Positions 25,355 through 39,296 of a DNA stretch of 64,000 bases are shown here, piece by piece. Source of the DNA: Macrostomum lignano (taxonomy: Eukaryota). The stretch covers positions 434,001 to 498,000 of the forward strand of contig NIVC01000522.1 in the NCBI GenBank assembly GCA_002269645.1, in the 5' to 3' direction. The notes below the pieces were generated by a model. It saw only the letters and a program-made list of their open reading frames with translations. It had not been told where the DNA came from and ran no database searches. Position 1 is the stretch's first letter, and each line of letters starts with the position of its first letter. Both the position numbers and the translations under genes were made by a program.

Positions 25355-28300
25355 CTCCAAACTTCACAAGCTCGAATCTTCACAGGATCGGATCTTCACG
25401 GGATCGAATCTTCACAGGATCGGATCTTCACGGGATCGAATCTTCACAAGCTCAAATCTTTACAGAATCAAATCTTCACAGGATCGAATCTCCACAAGCT
25501 CAAATCTTCACAGGATCGAATCTTCACAAGCTCAAATCTTCACAGGATCGAATATTCACAAGCTCAAATCTTCACAGGATCGAATATTCACAAGCTCAAA
25601 TCTTCACAGAATCGAATCTTCACAGGATCAAATCTTCACAAGCTCAAATCTTCACAAGATCAAATCTTCAAAAGCTCAAATCTTTACAGAATCGAATCTT
25701 CACAGGATCAAATCTTCAAAAGCTCAAATCTTCACAGAATCGAATCTTCACAGGATCAAATCCTAACAAGCTCAAATCTTCACAGGATCAAATCTTCACA
25801 AGCTCAAATCTTACAGGATCGAATCTTCACAAGCTCAAATCTTCACAGGATCGAATCTTCACAAGCTCAAATCTTTACAGAATCGAATCTTCACAGGATC
25901 AAATCTTCAAAAGCTCAAATCTTCACAGAATCGAATCTTCACAGGATCAAATCCTAACAAGCTCAAATCTTCACAGGATCGAATACTCACAAGCTCAAAT
26001 CTTCACAGAATCGAATCTTCACAGGATCAAATCTTCACAAGCTCAAATCTTCACAAGATCAAATCTTCACAAGCTCAAATCTTTACAGAATCGAATCTTC
26101 ACAGGATCAAATCTTCAAAAGCTCAAATCTTCACAGAATCGAATCTTCACAGGATCAAATCCTAACAAGCTCAAATCTTCACAGGATCAAATCTTCACAA
26201 GCTCAAATCTTACAGAATCAAATCTTCACAAGCTCAAATCTTCACAATATCGAATCTTCACAAGCTCAAATCTTTACAGAATCGAATCTTCACAGGATCA
26301 AATCTTCAAAAGCTCAAATCTTCACAGAATCGAATCTTCACAGGATCAAATCCTAACAAGCTCAAATCTTCACAGGATCGAATACTCACAAGCTCAAATC
26401 TTCACAGAATCGAATCTTCACAGGATCAAATCTTCACAAGCTCAAATCTTCACAAGATCAAATCTTCACAAGCTCAAATCTTTACAGAATCGAATCTTCA
26501 CAGGATCAAATCTTCAAAAGCTCAAATCTTCACAGAATCGAATCTTCACAGGATCAAATCCTAACAAGCTCAAATCTTCACAGGATCAAATCTTCACAAG
26601 CTCAAATCTTACAGAATCAAATCTTCACAAGCTCAAATCTTCACAAGATCGAATCTTCACAAGCTCAAATCTTTACAGAATCGAATCTTCACAGGATCAA
26701 ATCTTCAAAAGCTCAAATCTTCACAGAATCGAATCTTCACAGGATCAAATCCTAACAAGCTCAAATCTTCACAGGATCAAATCTTCACAAGCTCAAATCT
26801 TACAGAAACAAATCTTCACAAGCTCAAATCTTCACAAGATCGAATCTTCACAGGATCAAATCTTCACAAGCTCAAATCTTCACAAGATCGAATCTTCACA
26901 AGCTCAAATCTTCACAAGATCGAATCTTCACAGGATCAAATCTTCACAAGCTCAAATCTTCACAAGATCGAATCTTCACAAGCTCAAATCTTTACAGAAT
27001 CGAATCTTCACAGGATCAAATCTTCAAAAGCTCAAATCTTCACAGAATCGAATCTTCACAGGATCAAATCCTAACAAGCTCAAATCTTCACAGGATCAAA
27101 TCTTCACAAGCTCAAATCTTACAGAATCAAATCTTCACAAGCTCAAATCTTCACAAGATCGAATCTTCACAAGCTCAAATCTTCACAAGATCGAATCTTC
27201 ACAGGATCAAATCTTCACAAGCTCAAATCTTCACAAGATCGAATCTTCACAAGCTCAAATCTTTACAGAATCGAATCTTCACAGGATCAAATCTTCAAAA
27301 GCTCAAATCTTCACAGAATCGAATCTTCACAGGATCAAATCCTAACAAGCTCAAATCTTCACAGGATCAAATCTTCACAAGCTCAAATCTTACAGGATCG
27401 AATCTTCACAAGCTCAAATCTTCACAGGATCGAATATTCACAAGCTCAAATCTTCACAGGATCGAATATTCACAAGCTCAAATCTTCACAAGCTCAAATC
27501 TTCACAGGATCAAATCTTCAAAAGCTCAAATCTTCACAGAATCGAATCTTCACAGGATCAAATCCTAACAAGCTCAAATCTTCACAGGATCAAATCTTCA
27601 CAAGCTCAAATCTTACAGGATCGAATCTTCACAAGCTCAAATCTTCACAGGATCAAATCTTCACAAGCTCAAATCTTACAGGATCGAATCTTCACAAGCT
27701 CAAATCTTCACAAGATCGAATCTTCACAAGCTCAAATCTTCACAAGATCGAATCTTCACAAGCTCAAATCTTTACAGAATCGAATCTTCACAGGATCAAA
27801 TCTTCAAAAGCTCAAATCTTCACAGAATCGAATCTTCACAGGATCAAATCCTAACAAGCTCAAATCTTCACAGGATCGAATACTCACAAGCTCAAATCTT
27901 CACAGAATCGAATCTTCACAGGATCAAATCTTCACAAGCTCAAATCTTCACAAGATCAAATCTTCACAAGCTCAAATCTTTACAGAATCGAATCTTCACA
28001 GGATCAAATCTTCAAAAGCTCAAATCTTCACAGAATCGAATCTTCACAGGATCAAATCCTAACAAGCTCAAATCTTCACAGGATCAAATCTTCACAAGCT
28101 CAAATCTTACAGAATCAAATCTTCACAAGATCGAATCTTCACAAGCTCAAATCTTTACAGAATCGAATCTTCACAGGATCAAATCTTCAAAAGCTCAAAT
28201 CTTCACAGAATCGAATCTTCACAGGATCAAATCCTAACAAGCTCAAATCTTCACAGGATCGAATACTCACAAGCTCAAATCTTCACAGAATCGAATCTTC

Positions 28301-31275
28301 ACAGGATCAAATCTTCACAAGCTCAAATCTTCACAAGATCAAATCTTCACAAGCTCAAATCTTTACAGAATCGAATCTTCACAGGATCAAATCTTCAAAA
28401 GCTCAAATCTTCACAGAATCGAATCTTCACAGGATCAAATCCTAACAAGCTCAAATCTTCACAGGATCAAATCTTCACAAGCTCAAATCTTACAGAATCA
28501 AATCTTCACAAGCTCAAATCTTCACAAGATCGAATCTTCACAAGCTCAAATCTTTACAGAATCGAATCTTCACAGGATCAAATCTTCAAAAGCTCAAATC
28601 TTCACAGAATCGAATCTTCACAGGATCAAATCCTAACAAGCTCAAATCTTCACAGGATCAAATCTTCACAAGCTCAAATCTTACAGAAACAAATCTTCAC
28701 AAGCTCAAATCTTCACAAGATCGAATCTTCACAGGATCAAATCTTCACAAGCTCAAATCTTCACAAGATCGAATCTTCACAAGCTCAAATCTTCACAAGA
28801 TCGAATCTTCACAGGATCAAATCTTCACAAGCTCAAATCTTCACAAGATCGAATCTTCACAAGCTCAAATCTTCACAGAATCGAATCTTCACAGGATCAA
28901 ATCTTCACAAGCTCAAATCTTCACAAGATCAAATCTTCACAAGCTCAAATCTTTACAGAATCGAATCTTCACAGGATCAAATCTTCAAAAGCTCAAATCT
29001 TCACAGAATCGAATCTTCACAGGATCAAATCCTAACAAGCTCAAATCTTCACAGGATCAAATCTTCACAAGCTCAAATCTTACAGAATCAAATCTTCACA
29101 AGCTCAAATCTTCACAAGATCGAATCTTCACAAGCTCAAATCTTTACAGAATCGAATCTTCCAGGATCAAATCTTCAAAAGCTCAAATCTTCACAGAATC
29201 GAATCTTCACAGGATCAAATCCTAACAAGCTCAAATCTTCACAGGATCAAATCTTCACAAGCTCAAATCTTACAGAAACAAATCTTCACAAGCTCAAATC
29301 TTCACAAGATCGAATCTTCACAGGATCAAATCTTCACAAGCTCAAATCTTCACAAGATCGAATCTTCACAAGCTCAAATCTTCACAAGATCGAATCTTCA
29401 CAGGATCAAATCTTCACAAGCTCAAATCTTCACAAGATCGAATCTTCACAAGCTCAAATCTTTACAGAATCGAATCTTCACAGGATCAAATCTTCAAAAG
29501 CTCAAATCTTCACAGAATCGAATCTTCACAGGATCAAATCCTAACAAGCTCAAATCTTCACAGGATCAAATCTTCACAAGCTCAAATCTTCACAGGATCG
29601 AATCTTCACAAGCTCAAATCTTCACAGGATCGAATATTCACAAGCTCAAATCTTCACAGAATCGAATCTTCACAGGATCAAATCTTCACAAGCTCAAATC
29701 TTCACAAGATCAAATCTTCAAAAGCTGAAATCTTTACAGAATCGAATCTTCACAGGATCAAATCTTCAAAAGCTCAAATCTTCACAGAATCGAATCTTCA
29801 CAGGATCAAATCCTAACAAGCTCAAATCTTCACAGGATCAAATCTTCACAAGCTCAAATCTTACAGGATCGAATCTTCACAAGCTCAAATCTTCACAGGA
29901 TCGAATCTTCACAAGCTCAAATCTTTACAGAATCGAATCTTCACAGGATCAAATCTTCAAAAGCTCAAATCTTCACAGAATCGAATCTTCACAGGATCAA
30001 ATCCTAACAAGCTCAAATCTTCACAGGATCGAATACTCACAAGCTCAAATCTTCACAGAATCGAATCTTCACAGGATCAAATCTTCACAAGCTCAAATCT
30101 TCACAAGATCAAATCTTCACAAGCTCAAATCTTTACAGAATCGAATCTTCACAGGATCAAATCTTCAAAAGCTCAAATCTTCACAGAATCGAATCTTCAC
30201 AGGATCAAATCCTAACAAGCTCAAATCTTCACAGGATCAAATCTTCACAAGCTCAAATCTTACAGAATCAAATCTTCACAAGCTCAAATCTTCACAAGAT
30301 CGAATCTTCACAAGCTCAAATCTTTACAGAATCGAATCTTCACAGGATCAAATCTTCAAAAGCTCAAATCTTCACAGAATCGAATCTTCACAGGATCAAA
30401 TCCTAACAAGCTCAAATCTTCACAGGATCAAATCTTCACAAGCTCAAATCTTACAGAAACAAATCTTCACAAGCTCAAATCTTCACAGGATCAAATCTTC
30501 ACAAGCTCAAATCTTCACAAGATCGAATCTTCACAAGCTCAAATCTTCACAAGATCGAATCTTCACAGGATCAAATCTTCACAAGCTCAAATCTTCACAA
30601 GATCGAATCTTCACAAGCTCAAATCTTTACAGAATCGAATCTTCACAGGATCAAATCTTCAAAAGCTCAAATCTTCACAGAATCGAATCTTCACAGGATC
30701 AAATCCTAACAAGCTCAAATCTTCACAGGATCAAATCTTCACAAGCTCAAATCTTACAGAATCAAATCTTCACAAGCTCAAATCTTCACAAGATCGAATC
30801 TTCACAAGCTCAAATCTTCACAAGATCGAATCTTCACAGGATCAAATCTTCACAAGCTCAAATCTTCACAAGATCGAATCTTCACAAGCTCAAATCTTTA
30901 CAGAATCGAATCTTCACAGGATCAAATCTTCAAAAGCTCAAATCTTCACAGAATCGAATCTTCACAGGATCAAATCCTAACAAGCTCAAATCTTCACAGG
31001 ATCAAATCTTCACAAGCTCAAATCTTACAGGATCGAATCTTCACAAGCTCAAATCTTCACAGGATCGAATATTCACAAGCTCAAATCTTCACAGGATCGA
31101 ATATTCACAAGCTCAAATCTTCACAAGCTCAAATCTTCACAAGATCGAATCTTCACAAGCTCAAATCTTCACAAGATCAAATCTTCACAGGATCAAATCT
31201 TCACAAGCTCAAATCTTCACAAGATCGAATCTTCACAAGATTTAATTCTCACAAGCTAGAATATTCACAAGCTCA
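25355..31275. repeat. 5.9-kb satellite of 16-bp monomers (AAATCTTCACAAGCTC / GAATCTTCACAGGATC) with higher-order repeats
   Basis: Continuous array in which diagnostic variant monomers recur periodically. Confidence 0.98.
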
Positions 31276-31889
31276 AAAATTTAAATTTTCAAACGAATTA
31301 AAATGTTTCTCTCATTTACAAGTTCAATTTTTTATAATAAAAAATCCTGCCGGGCACTTCGGCTCTGGTGGATGCAAGAGAAATCTCGGGGGGAAAGTGT
31401 GAGAAAAAATTCCTGTGCCAATTCTGCGTCCAGTGAGCCGTTGAGCCTGCCAAAACTGCAGGCCAGCTGCCAGGAATGGGGAAAGGGACAACATCCAGGC
31501 CAGCTTCTGACAGGGCTCTCTGCTGCTCAAACCTGCTCAGGCAGACAAACTGGCTGGTCAGGCCTGCCTCTCTCACCCCTTTCCTCCCCTATCTCGGCCT
31601 GTTCACCGCCCGCGTCTGTCTGTCGCACACTCGCAGCCACTCTCGAATCCTGCTCCTAATCCTTCTTTAGGCCTTTCAAAATCGTCTATACTTCTCTTTT
31701 GAAAGAGGATATATATATTTTTGAAGCTGTGTGGAGCATCATCTTGCTTGCTGCTGCTGGCTTCTTGTGCTCTGCTGACATAGCGACAAGTCTGCGTTTT
31801 GGATAGCTTTCTGCTTCGGTAATACTTTTCCTGATTCTGCTTTAGATATATGTGGTTCCTCACTGCTTAAGTATCTGCCTCTGCTAGGC

Positions 31890-32198
31890 AGGCAGACAGG
31901 CAGGACAGACAGTAACGCAGATAGACAGACAGACACTAATGCAGATAGACAGACAGACACTAAGGCAGATAGACAGACAGACACTAAGGCAGACAGGCAG
32001 ACAGACAGACAGACACTAACGCAGATAGACAGACAGACACTAATGCAGATAGACAGACAGACACTAACGCAGATAGACAGACAGACACTAATGCAGATAG
32101 ACAGACAGACACTAACGCAGATAGACAGACAGACACTAATGCAGATCGACAGAAAGACACTAAGGCAGATAGACAGACAGACAGACAGACACTAACGC

Positions 32199-32243
<45 letters not shown>

Positions 32244-32284
32244 CTAAGACAGACAGACAGACAGACACACAGACAGACAGACAG
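31890..32284. repeat. GACA-derived array with a 24-bp variant unit (GACAGACAGACACTAACGCAGATA)
   Basis: Tandem copies visible. Confidence 0.9.
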
Positions 32285-32573
32285 CCTTTTGCAATTCCAG
32301 TCCTGCCAGCAGACCCAGTCTTATCCCCATCAGTGCTGGAGAATCTGCCTCTCAGCTCCCCCAGCCTGTCGTACCATTTCCGCCCGCATGATCCAAGCCA
32401 AATTTTGTTTTGTTTGCACCCCCGATCGAGTTTAAACTGCAAGATAAGCTCAGCCAGGCCACCCAATGGTTAATTTCAGCGCACCTAATAACTCTAGGTA
32501 GATATGACTCTAGAGAATGTTATACAGCTGATGTTGTCTGTCCTCACATGTATCCTGTTTGCTTTGTTTCCAG

Positions 32574-33276
32574 CTTCCAGAACCCTCATCGCCAAGACTG
32601 TCAGATCATGCTGGTGCATCTGGCTGGATTCTCCAAGCAGCCAAATGCTAGCACCAGCACAGTCCAGCCGGGTAGCAAAGGCGGCGGGGAGGCCACCAGC
32701 CTAGCTGAGATCTCACAGACTCACGTATTCGTAGCCGTGCTGGGAGCCGGCCTGATTGTGCTGCTTGCCTTGGCTTTGGATAGCGTCTTTCGTCGTCAGA
32801 GAATCGCTTGCATGCGTCGGTGCTGTCATCGGCCGGTGAGCAGTCCGGAGCTGGAGCAGCAGGACAGCCGGCAGTGGTATCACCCGCACCAGCTGAGGCG
32901 ACAGCGGCAGCGAGACCAGCAGCAGCAGCAGCAGCAGCAGCGCTGCAAGTGGTGCGGCAACGGCTGCATCAGCGGCAACGTGAGCGCTAGCGGCAGCGGC
33001 AGCCACCCCGGCGGCTACGGCGGCTCGGCTGTAGAACTCGAGCCGGCGTTGAACTTTGCCGGCGGCGGAGGCGGCCACGCTGCAGTCGCGGGCAGCTCGC
33101 CAGGCTCGCGTCGGCCAATTTTCGTTCGTCGAGGCGGCGGCGCCGGCAGCTCGTCAAGATTCGCCGGCAGGCCGCGCACTGGCCAGCAGGACAGCGTGAG
33201 CGCTATGGATGAGGTGTCCACCACGATGGCGCCGTCATACACGTCCTGCATGCACCCGGAGCGGACTGACCTGTGA
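32574..33276 (+). CDS. Probable terminal exon of a single-pass membrane protein of unknown function
   Basis: Pyrimidine tract and AG at 32573 (alternative 32580); hydrophobic VFVAVLGAGLIVLLALAL followed by basic RRQR, poly-Q, a Gly-rich tail and APSY; GC-rich coding-like composition. Upstream exons not identified. Confidence 0.65.
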
Positions 33277-33364
33277 GGCTTTGGTTTTTAATCAGCTGAT
33301 TTTTATCCATAATTCATTCGTTCTGTAAGTATTCGCTCTGGAGCAGTTAGCATTGGTGCTAGTG

Positions 33365-34012
33365 TTGGTCAGAGCAGAGGTGAGACTCGCTAGCGACTCT
33401 CTGATTGGTCAGAGCAGAGGTGAGACTCGCTAGCGACTCTCTGATTGGTTAGAGCAGAAGTGAGACTCGCTAGCGACTCTCTGATTGGTCAGAGCAGAGT
33501 TGAGACTCGCTAGCTACTCTCTGATTGGTCAGAGCAGAGGTGAGACTCGCTAGCGACTCTCTGATTGGTCAGAGCAGAGGTGAGACTCGCTAGCGACTCT
33601 CTGATTGGTCAGGAGCAGAAGTGAGACTCGCTAGCGACTCTCTGATTGGTCAGGAGCAGAAGTGAGACTCGCTAGCAACTCTCTGATTGGTCAGAAGCAG
33701 AGGTGAGACTCGCTAGCGACTCTCTGATTGGTCAGGAGCAGAGGTGAGACTCGCTAGCGACTCTCTGATTGGTCAGGAGCAGAAGTGAGACTCGCTAGCG
33801 ACTCTCTGATTGGTCAGAAGCAGAGGTGAGACTCGCTAGCGACTCTCTGATTGGTCAGAGCAGAGGTGAGACTCGCTAGCGACTCTCTGATTGGTCAGAG
33901 CAGAAGTGAGACTCGCTTGCGACTCTCTGATTGGTCAGAGCAGAAGTGAGACTCGCTAGCGACTCTCTGATTGGTCAGAGCAGAAGTGAGACTCGCTAGC
34001 GATTGGTCAGAG
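33365..34012. repeat. 40-41-bp minisatellite GAGCAGAGGTGAGACTCGCTAGCGACTCTCTGATTGGTCA
   Basis: About 16 copies. Confidence 0.95.
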
Positions 34013-34904
34013 CCAAGATTCGAAACAAAGATTTTTCTTGAGTCCGAATTTGTAAATTGCAAATCAATGCGTCGTTTTAAATGTTCGTAAAAAAGCAAAA
34101 CTTGTTTTTGTCATACTTTATCTATTTTCTAACCAAAAAATCAATTAGCAATCAATGTTATTAGTAAAAATAATTAAAAATCAGACTCCGGAATTCACGA
34201 GAATTTCTCCGTTTTTTCCTCGCTTTGAAAAAATATAATTTGACGTTTTTGCGTTTCAGCTGTGCGCTCGCGTTTTGTGTTTTCCCACTCCTGAAGCAAT
34301 TAATTAAAGCGTTCCGCACACTCTTTTTTGCCTACTACAAGTAGTCAGCTTGGCAAACGATTCGGAATCCCGAAATTCTTGCCTCGCGCGCGTTGTTAAG
34401 CGTTTCTTTGTTATATAATATACTGTAAGCGTTGCAATCCTTCGCTGTTTCTCTCCTCTTGCCACTTTTTTCCTACCTTCGACATTTTTTGTGTTTTTTG
34501 TCTCGCTAAGGCGAGCTCCGCCCGATCTGTTCTGCTGTCTAGTCCTCTCTTTTTTAGCCTACTTTGTCTATCCATGATTTTGCCACCAGATTTATATTGC
34601 CCGTTTTCTTGAGTAGTTTGTCTATCATTTTCGGATCTTCTACGAGTACCGTTGCTCTTTTGTCGATTAAAGTCACACTGAAAGGTTTTTTTACATTTGC
34701 AAATGTTATTTTTTATGTTATCGCTTTGTTTTTTCTATTTGTTTATTGGTGTATCGATTGTGCTACGAGAATTGACAATTGTGTTCTCCTGAATATTCTA
34801 AATTATTAGAAGACTATTCTAAATCAAGGCTTGCTTTCATCATTTTATTTCATTCTTTTAATTTAAAGGCAGAACTACATTTAACAGTTGACAAACACCT
34901 TCAC

Positions 34905-35895
34905 CTTGACAAGCGAAAACGACCTTCACCTTAACAATTGACAACGACCTTCACCCTTGACAATAGACAACGACCTTCACCTTGACAATAGACAACGACC
35001 TTCACCTTGACAATAGACAACGACCTTCACCTTGACAATAGACAATGACCTTCACCTTGACAATAGACAACAACCTTCACCTTGACAATAGACAACGACC
35101 TTCACCTTGACAATAGACAATGACCTTCACCTTGACAATAGACAACAACCTTCACCTTGACAATAGACAACGACCTTCACCTTGACAATAGACAATGACC
35201 TTCACCTTGACAATAGACAACAACCTTCACCTTGACAATAGACAACGACCTTCACCTTGACAGTTGACAACGACCTTCACCTTGACAATAGACAACGACC
35301 TTCACCTTGACAATAGACAACGACCTTTACCTTGACAATAGACAACGACCTTCACCTTGACAATAGACAACGACCTTCACCTTGACAATAGACAACCACC
35401 TTTACCTTGACAATAGACAACAACCTTCACCTTGACAATAGACAACGACCTTCACCTTGACAATAGACAACAACCTTCACCTTGACAATAGACAATGACC
35501 TTCACCTTGACAATAGACAACAACCTTCACCTTGACAATAGACAACGACCTTCACCTTGACAATAGACAACGACCTTCACCTTGACAATAGACAACGACC
35601 TTCACCTTGACAATAGACAACAACCTTCACCTTGACAATAGACAACGACCTTCACCTTGACAATAGACAACGACCTTCACCTTGACAATAGACAACGACC
35701 TTCACCTTGAAAATAGACAACAACCTTCACCTTGACAGTTGACAACGACCTTCACCTTGACAATAGACAACGACCTTCACCTTGACAATTGACAACGACC
35801 TTCACCTTGACAATAGACAACGACCTTCACCTTGACAATTGACAACGACCTTCACCTTGACAATAGACAACGACCTTCACCTTGACAGTTGACAA
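34905..35895. repeat. 25-bp minisatellite CTTGACAATAGACAACGACCTTCAC
   Basis: About 39 near-identical copies. Confidence 0.97.
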
Positions 35896-36981
35896 AGAAG
35901 TTAGGGTTTTGGTTTCCAAACGCTTTAAAGCTCGGGGGAGTTAATGAACAGGTAATACAGTTGGGTTCGCAAAGAAAGGCTCGAATCTCGCCGCAAGATT
36001 TTGTGAGAATCTGTGTGTAGCTCATTCGCCATTGGCTGAGCGTTTATTAAGATTGAGGCTGAATCTAGAGAGAAAACCCCTGGGGGTAGGGGTTGGTGCA
36101 TGCGGTCCAGGGCTCGTAACAAGCTACATTGCTGGATTTGCTGGATTTACGGTAGAGTATATACTTTGGAGTGTAGTGCAGAATGTGCAGAGGAGTTAAA
36201 CTATGGAAGGAGCAATGGTTTCCCGCGGTTATGCTCTGCGTGAAGAGAGTTAAGCTGAATGAGCTGATGAACACTGAATTAGGGAATACCGGACACAATT
36301 GGTGCCAGACACGGTGCCAACTACTTTGCGATATCAATTTACTTTGTTGCCCTGTGCTGGAGTATTAGTGACTGCGGTTTACTTTACCTTGGATGTTTTT
36401 ATGGGTAACATGAGTGATGTAGATTAATACGACTCGTAACTGTGCAAAAGTACGCAAGTTTTGTTGTTATACTGCTTTCAAAAGTTTTGCAAATGCTTCT
36501 ACGAAACAAGTTTCTATAAATCTTCACTAAATAGAGAAATTGCCCACACTTCTTGGTCGGGTCGGGAAAAAGTGAGGATCGTTGAAAAGTGTTAAGGCTA
36601 AAGAATAAGCTATACTCAACATTGTAATTCGGCGTCACATCCCATGGACGATTGAGCAGTCTGGATTTCAGGTCGGAAGCAAACCTATTTCTATCTGAAG
36701 AGTCACATCGCTTTCGTAAATTTTATGCTTCGTACTTTTGTACTATTATCTATATTAGGATAAAGTTAATGGATATAATTACCAATATAGGTTGATATAT
36801 CGAGGTAAAATAATTTTGTTGCTTTTGTCGTGCCAAGTAACAAAAAATCATACTAGGTCAAAAGCCTAAAGAATAAAGATGGCTTGAGCGATAGACAAGC
36901 CACAAAGTCTGAATCTCAAAAACCCAAAAGTCAGGCATCAGTTCCGGTCCTGCTCGTGTACCATTGTGCGCAATTGTCCCG

Positions 36982-38604
36982 CTAGTTGTCTCGGCTCGTT
37001 ACCTTTAGCCGGTGTTCAATGGTTCCGTGAATACCGCCCTCAGTGCCCAGCAGGATCTGCTCCCGCTGCTCCGCAGTCCACGAGTCCGCTTCGAATCGGA
37101 AGTGCTGCATGAAGGTCACGAAGAACAAGAACACCTCCATGCGAGCCAGAACCTCTCCGAGACACGAGCGCTTGCCGACTCCGAATTGATTCAAATACTC
37201 CGACGGCTTGTACTGACCGTCCGGAGTGAGGAAGCGGTCGGGGTCGAACATGTCCGGTTTGGGGAAGTAGCGCTCGTCATGGTGGAGTCCGTAAAGGTTG
37301 ACGAATATTATTGAGCCAGAGGAAATTTTATAGCCGCGGAACTCCGTGTCCTGTGCACAGTTGAGGATTATTAAGTTCATTTCCTTATCTAGCAGTTTAC
37401 TTTCAGTAATTTTTCAAAAAGCAGATAATATAATTTTAGTCTACGATCCCATGCCCCAACTAACCCCAATAGCTCTGTGGTCGACAGACATCGGAACAAG
37501 AGTAGAAATGCGTTGACACTCGTCCAGAAACGCCTGGCAGTAGTGCAGCTCCTTCTTGTCCTTCAGGCTGGCTTGTCGCTTGCCGATCTTGGCCATGATC
37601 TCAGCGTGGCAGCGGTCCTGCAGCTCCGGGTTCAGCGCCGCGTAAATCAGACTCCAACAGAGGGTGTTGCTAGTCGTGTCGACGCCTGCGATGTACAGCT
37701 CCCAGATAGTCTTCACCAGCTGGAAGTCAGTGAATGTTCCCAGGTCGACGCCCCGTCTGTGCTGCTCTTGCAGATAAGCCTCCACATAGTTGCTGGGCTC
37801 GTTGTCGACATTGTACGTGCTGCGGATCTCCTCCACTTTTTGTTGGCTAAGGTCTTCGATCCAAGTGATGGCATCAAACTGTTTTCTGTTTGTTGGCGAC
37901 AAGGCGAGCGCCGTTTCGACTGGCATGAACCGATAAAATGCCGTAATCAAGCCCACAACATTTTGGTTTGTCACACCTCCGAGGTTTTTTAAAAACTCAT
38001 TGAAGTTCGAGTCCTCATAGCTGCTAAAGTTGGAGAAGATGAAACGACTGACCACATTGGCCACGGCTTTGCCGATGAAGTCTCGAGTATCGACCAGCTG
38101 ACCGTCCTTAGAACTCAAAAATTTCACCAATTGCCCAGCCTCCTCTTGAATCTGCAATTCTGAGGCGTTCCGACCGAACCCGAAGTCCTTGAGAACGCGA
38201 AGAGCAAAGCGTCTGTGCTCCTGCCACAGAGCGCCCTCGGAGCCAATGATGCCAGCGTCCTTAAACATAAATTTATGAAAGTTTGTAGTTGGCCGACCAT
38301 TGAACTTATCCGTGTTCATTGCGAACATTTCGCGCATGGTTTCGTATCCGGAAACCAGGACAAGCTCCTGAGTTCCTAGAGGAAATGAAGCCAAGTCGCC
38401 GTACTTCCGTTGAATCTCCTGCATCAGCAAATAGAATCGGTGGCGCTTGTTGGTGGCAGTTCGCCACATGACCAGAGGCAGCAGGCCAAAGCCAGGAATG
38501 CCGACAGGGCCCGGAGGCGACTTGCTGAGAGCTCGCTTAGCGTAGGCATAGGTGCAGACGATCAGGCCTACAACGGCTGCAACGATTGCAGCTGTCTCCA
38601 GCAT
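36982..38604 (-). CDS. Cytochrome P450, CYP2 clan, paralog A; exons 38604-37465 and 37350-36982; 502 aa
   Basis: TM anchor, PPGP hinge, WQEHRRF, AGVDTT (I helix), DECQR (ExxR), PDRF, FGVGKRSCLG heme motif; 114-bp phase-0 GT-AG intron. Confidence 0.95.
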
Positions 38605-39296
38605 TCTAATTACTGCCTTATGAGACTTATAAAAAGTTGTGCGCTTCTCCAGCCCACTAATATACTCTGCTGTTACGCCAGGAGCAAAGGTCGCATTAAA
38701 ACAGACGCAATGGGCAGAAAAATGGTGTGGTTTGTTTGAAACTTGAGAGGGCTTTGTGGGCGGCTATAGGCTGTGCATGGCGACTGGCCTTTTAACCCTC
38801 TACTTAATTTGTGCTCTGTTAGCGGTGCCGCACACCCTCGACCGTGCTTTTTGTCCTCCAAATTCTTCTGTTTTTGTCTTCGTCACTTTGCCTAAATCTT
38901 AAATCAAGCTTTTTGAGTATTCTCGTCTGTTATCTGTTTTCTTGATTTCATAGCATTATCAGCTCGATTTGTTGGGTCGAATCAGACGTAGGCGACCCAA
39001 TACGGAGTCTATTATCATTCACTGCCTACCAAGCCTAAGAGAACATGAAGATAAAATAGCAGTCTATTCCTCTTTGAAAACTTGATTTAGATATAAATAA
39101 ATTTGAGTCAAGAGTCGGAATCTGTATACTGTATAGATTGGGGTGAACTGCAACATCTGTAGGCTGTAGAGAGAGCTGTAAGCTGTAAGCCTCGCACCAA
39201 AAGACACTTGAAAGGAGATACCCACTGAGAGCATCTATTTTATAACCCACACGTCCCAGTTGCTTCTCCAAGTACCCCAAACGTTCCCTGCAGGTA

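Noticed and set aside
34564-34809. Hydrophobic 81-aa ORF
   Set aside because: T-rich sequence with a non-ATG start gives hydrophobic translations by composition alone.
25355-35895. CRISPR-like appearance of the tandem arrays
   Set aside because: No unique spacers, no cas genes, and the context is eukaryotic.
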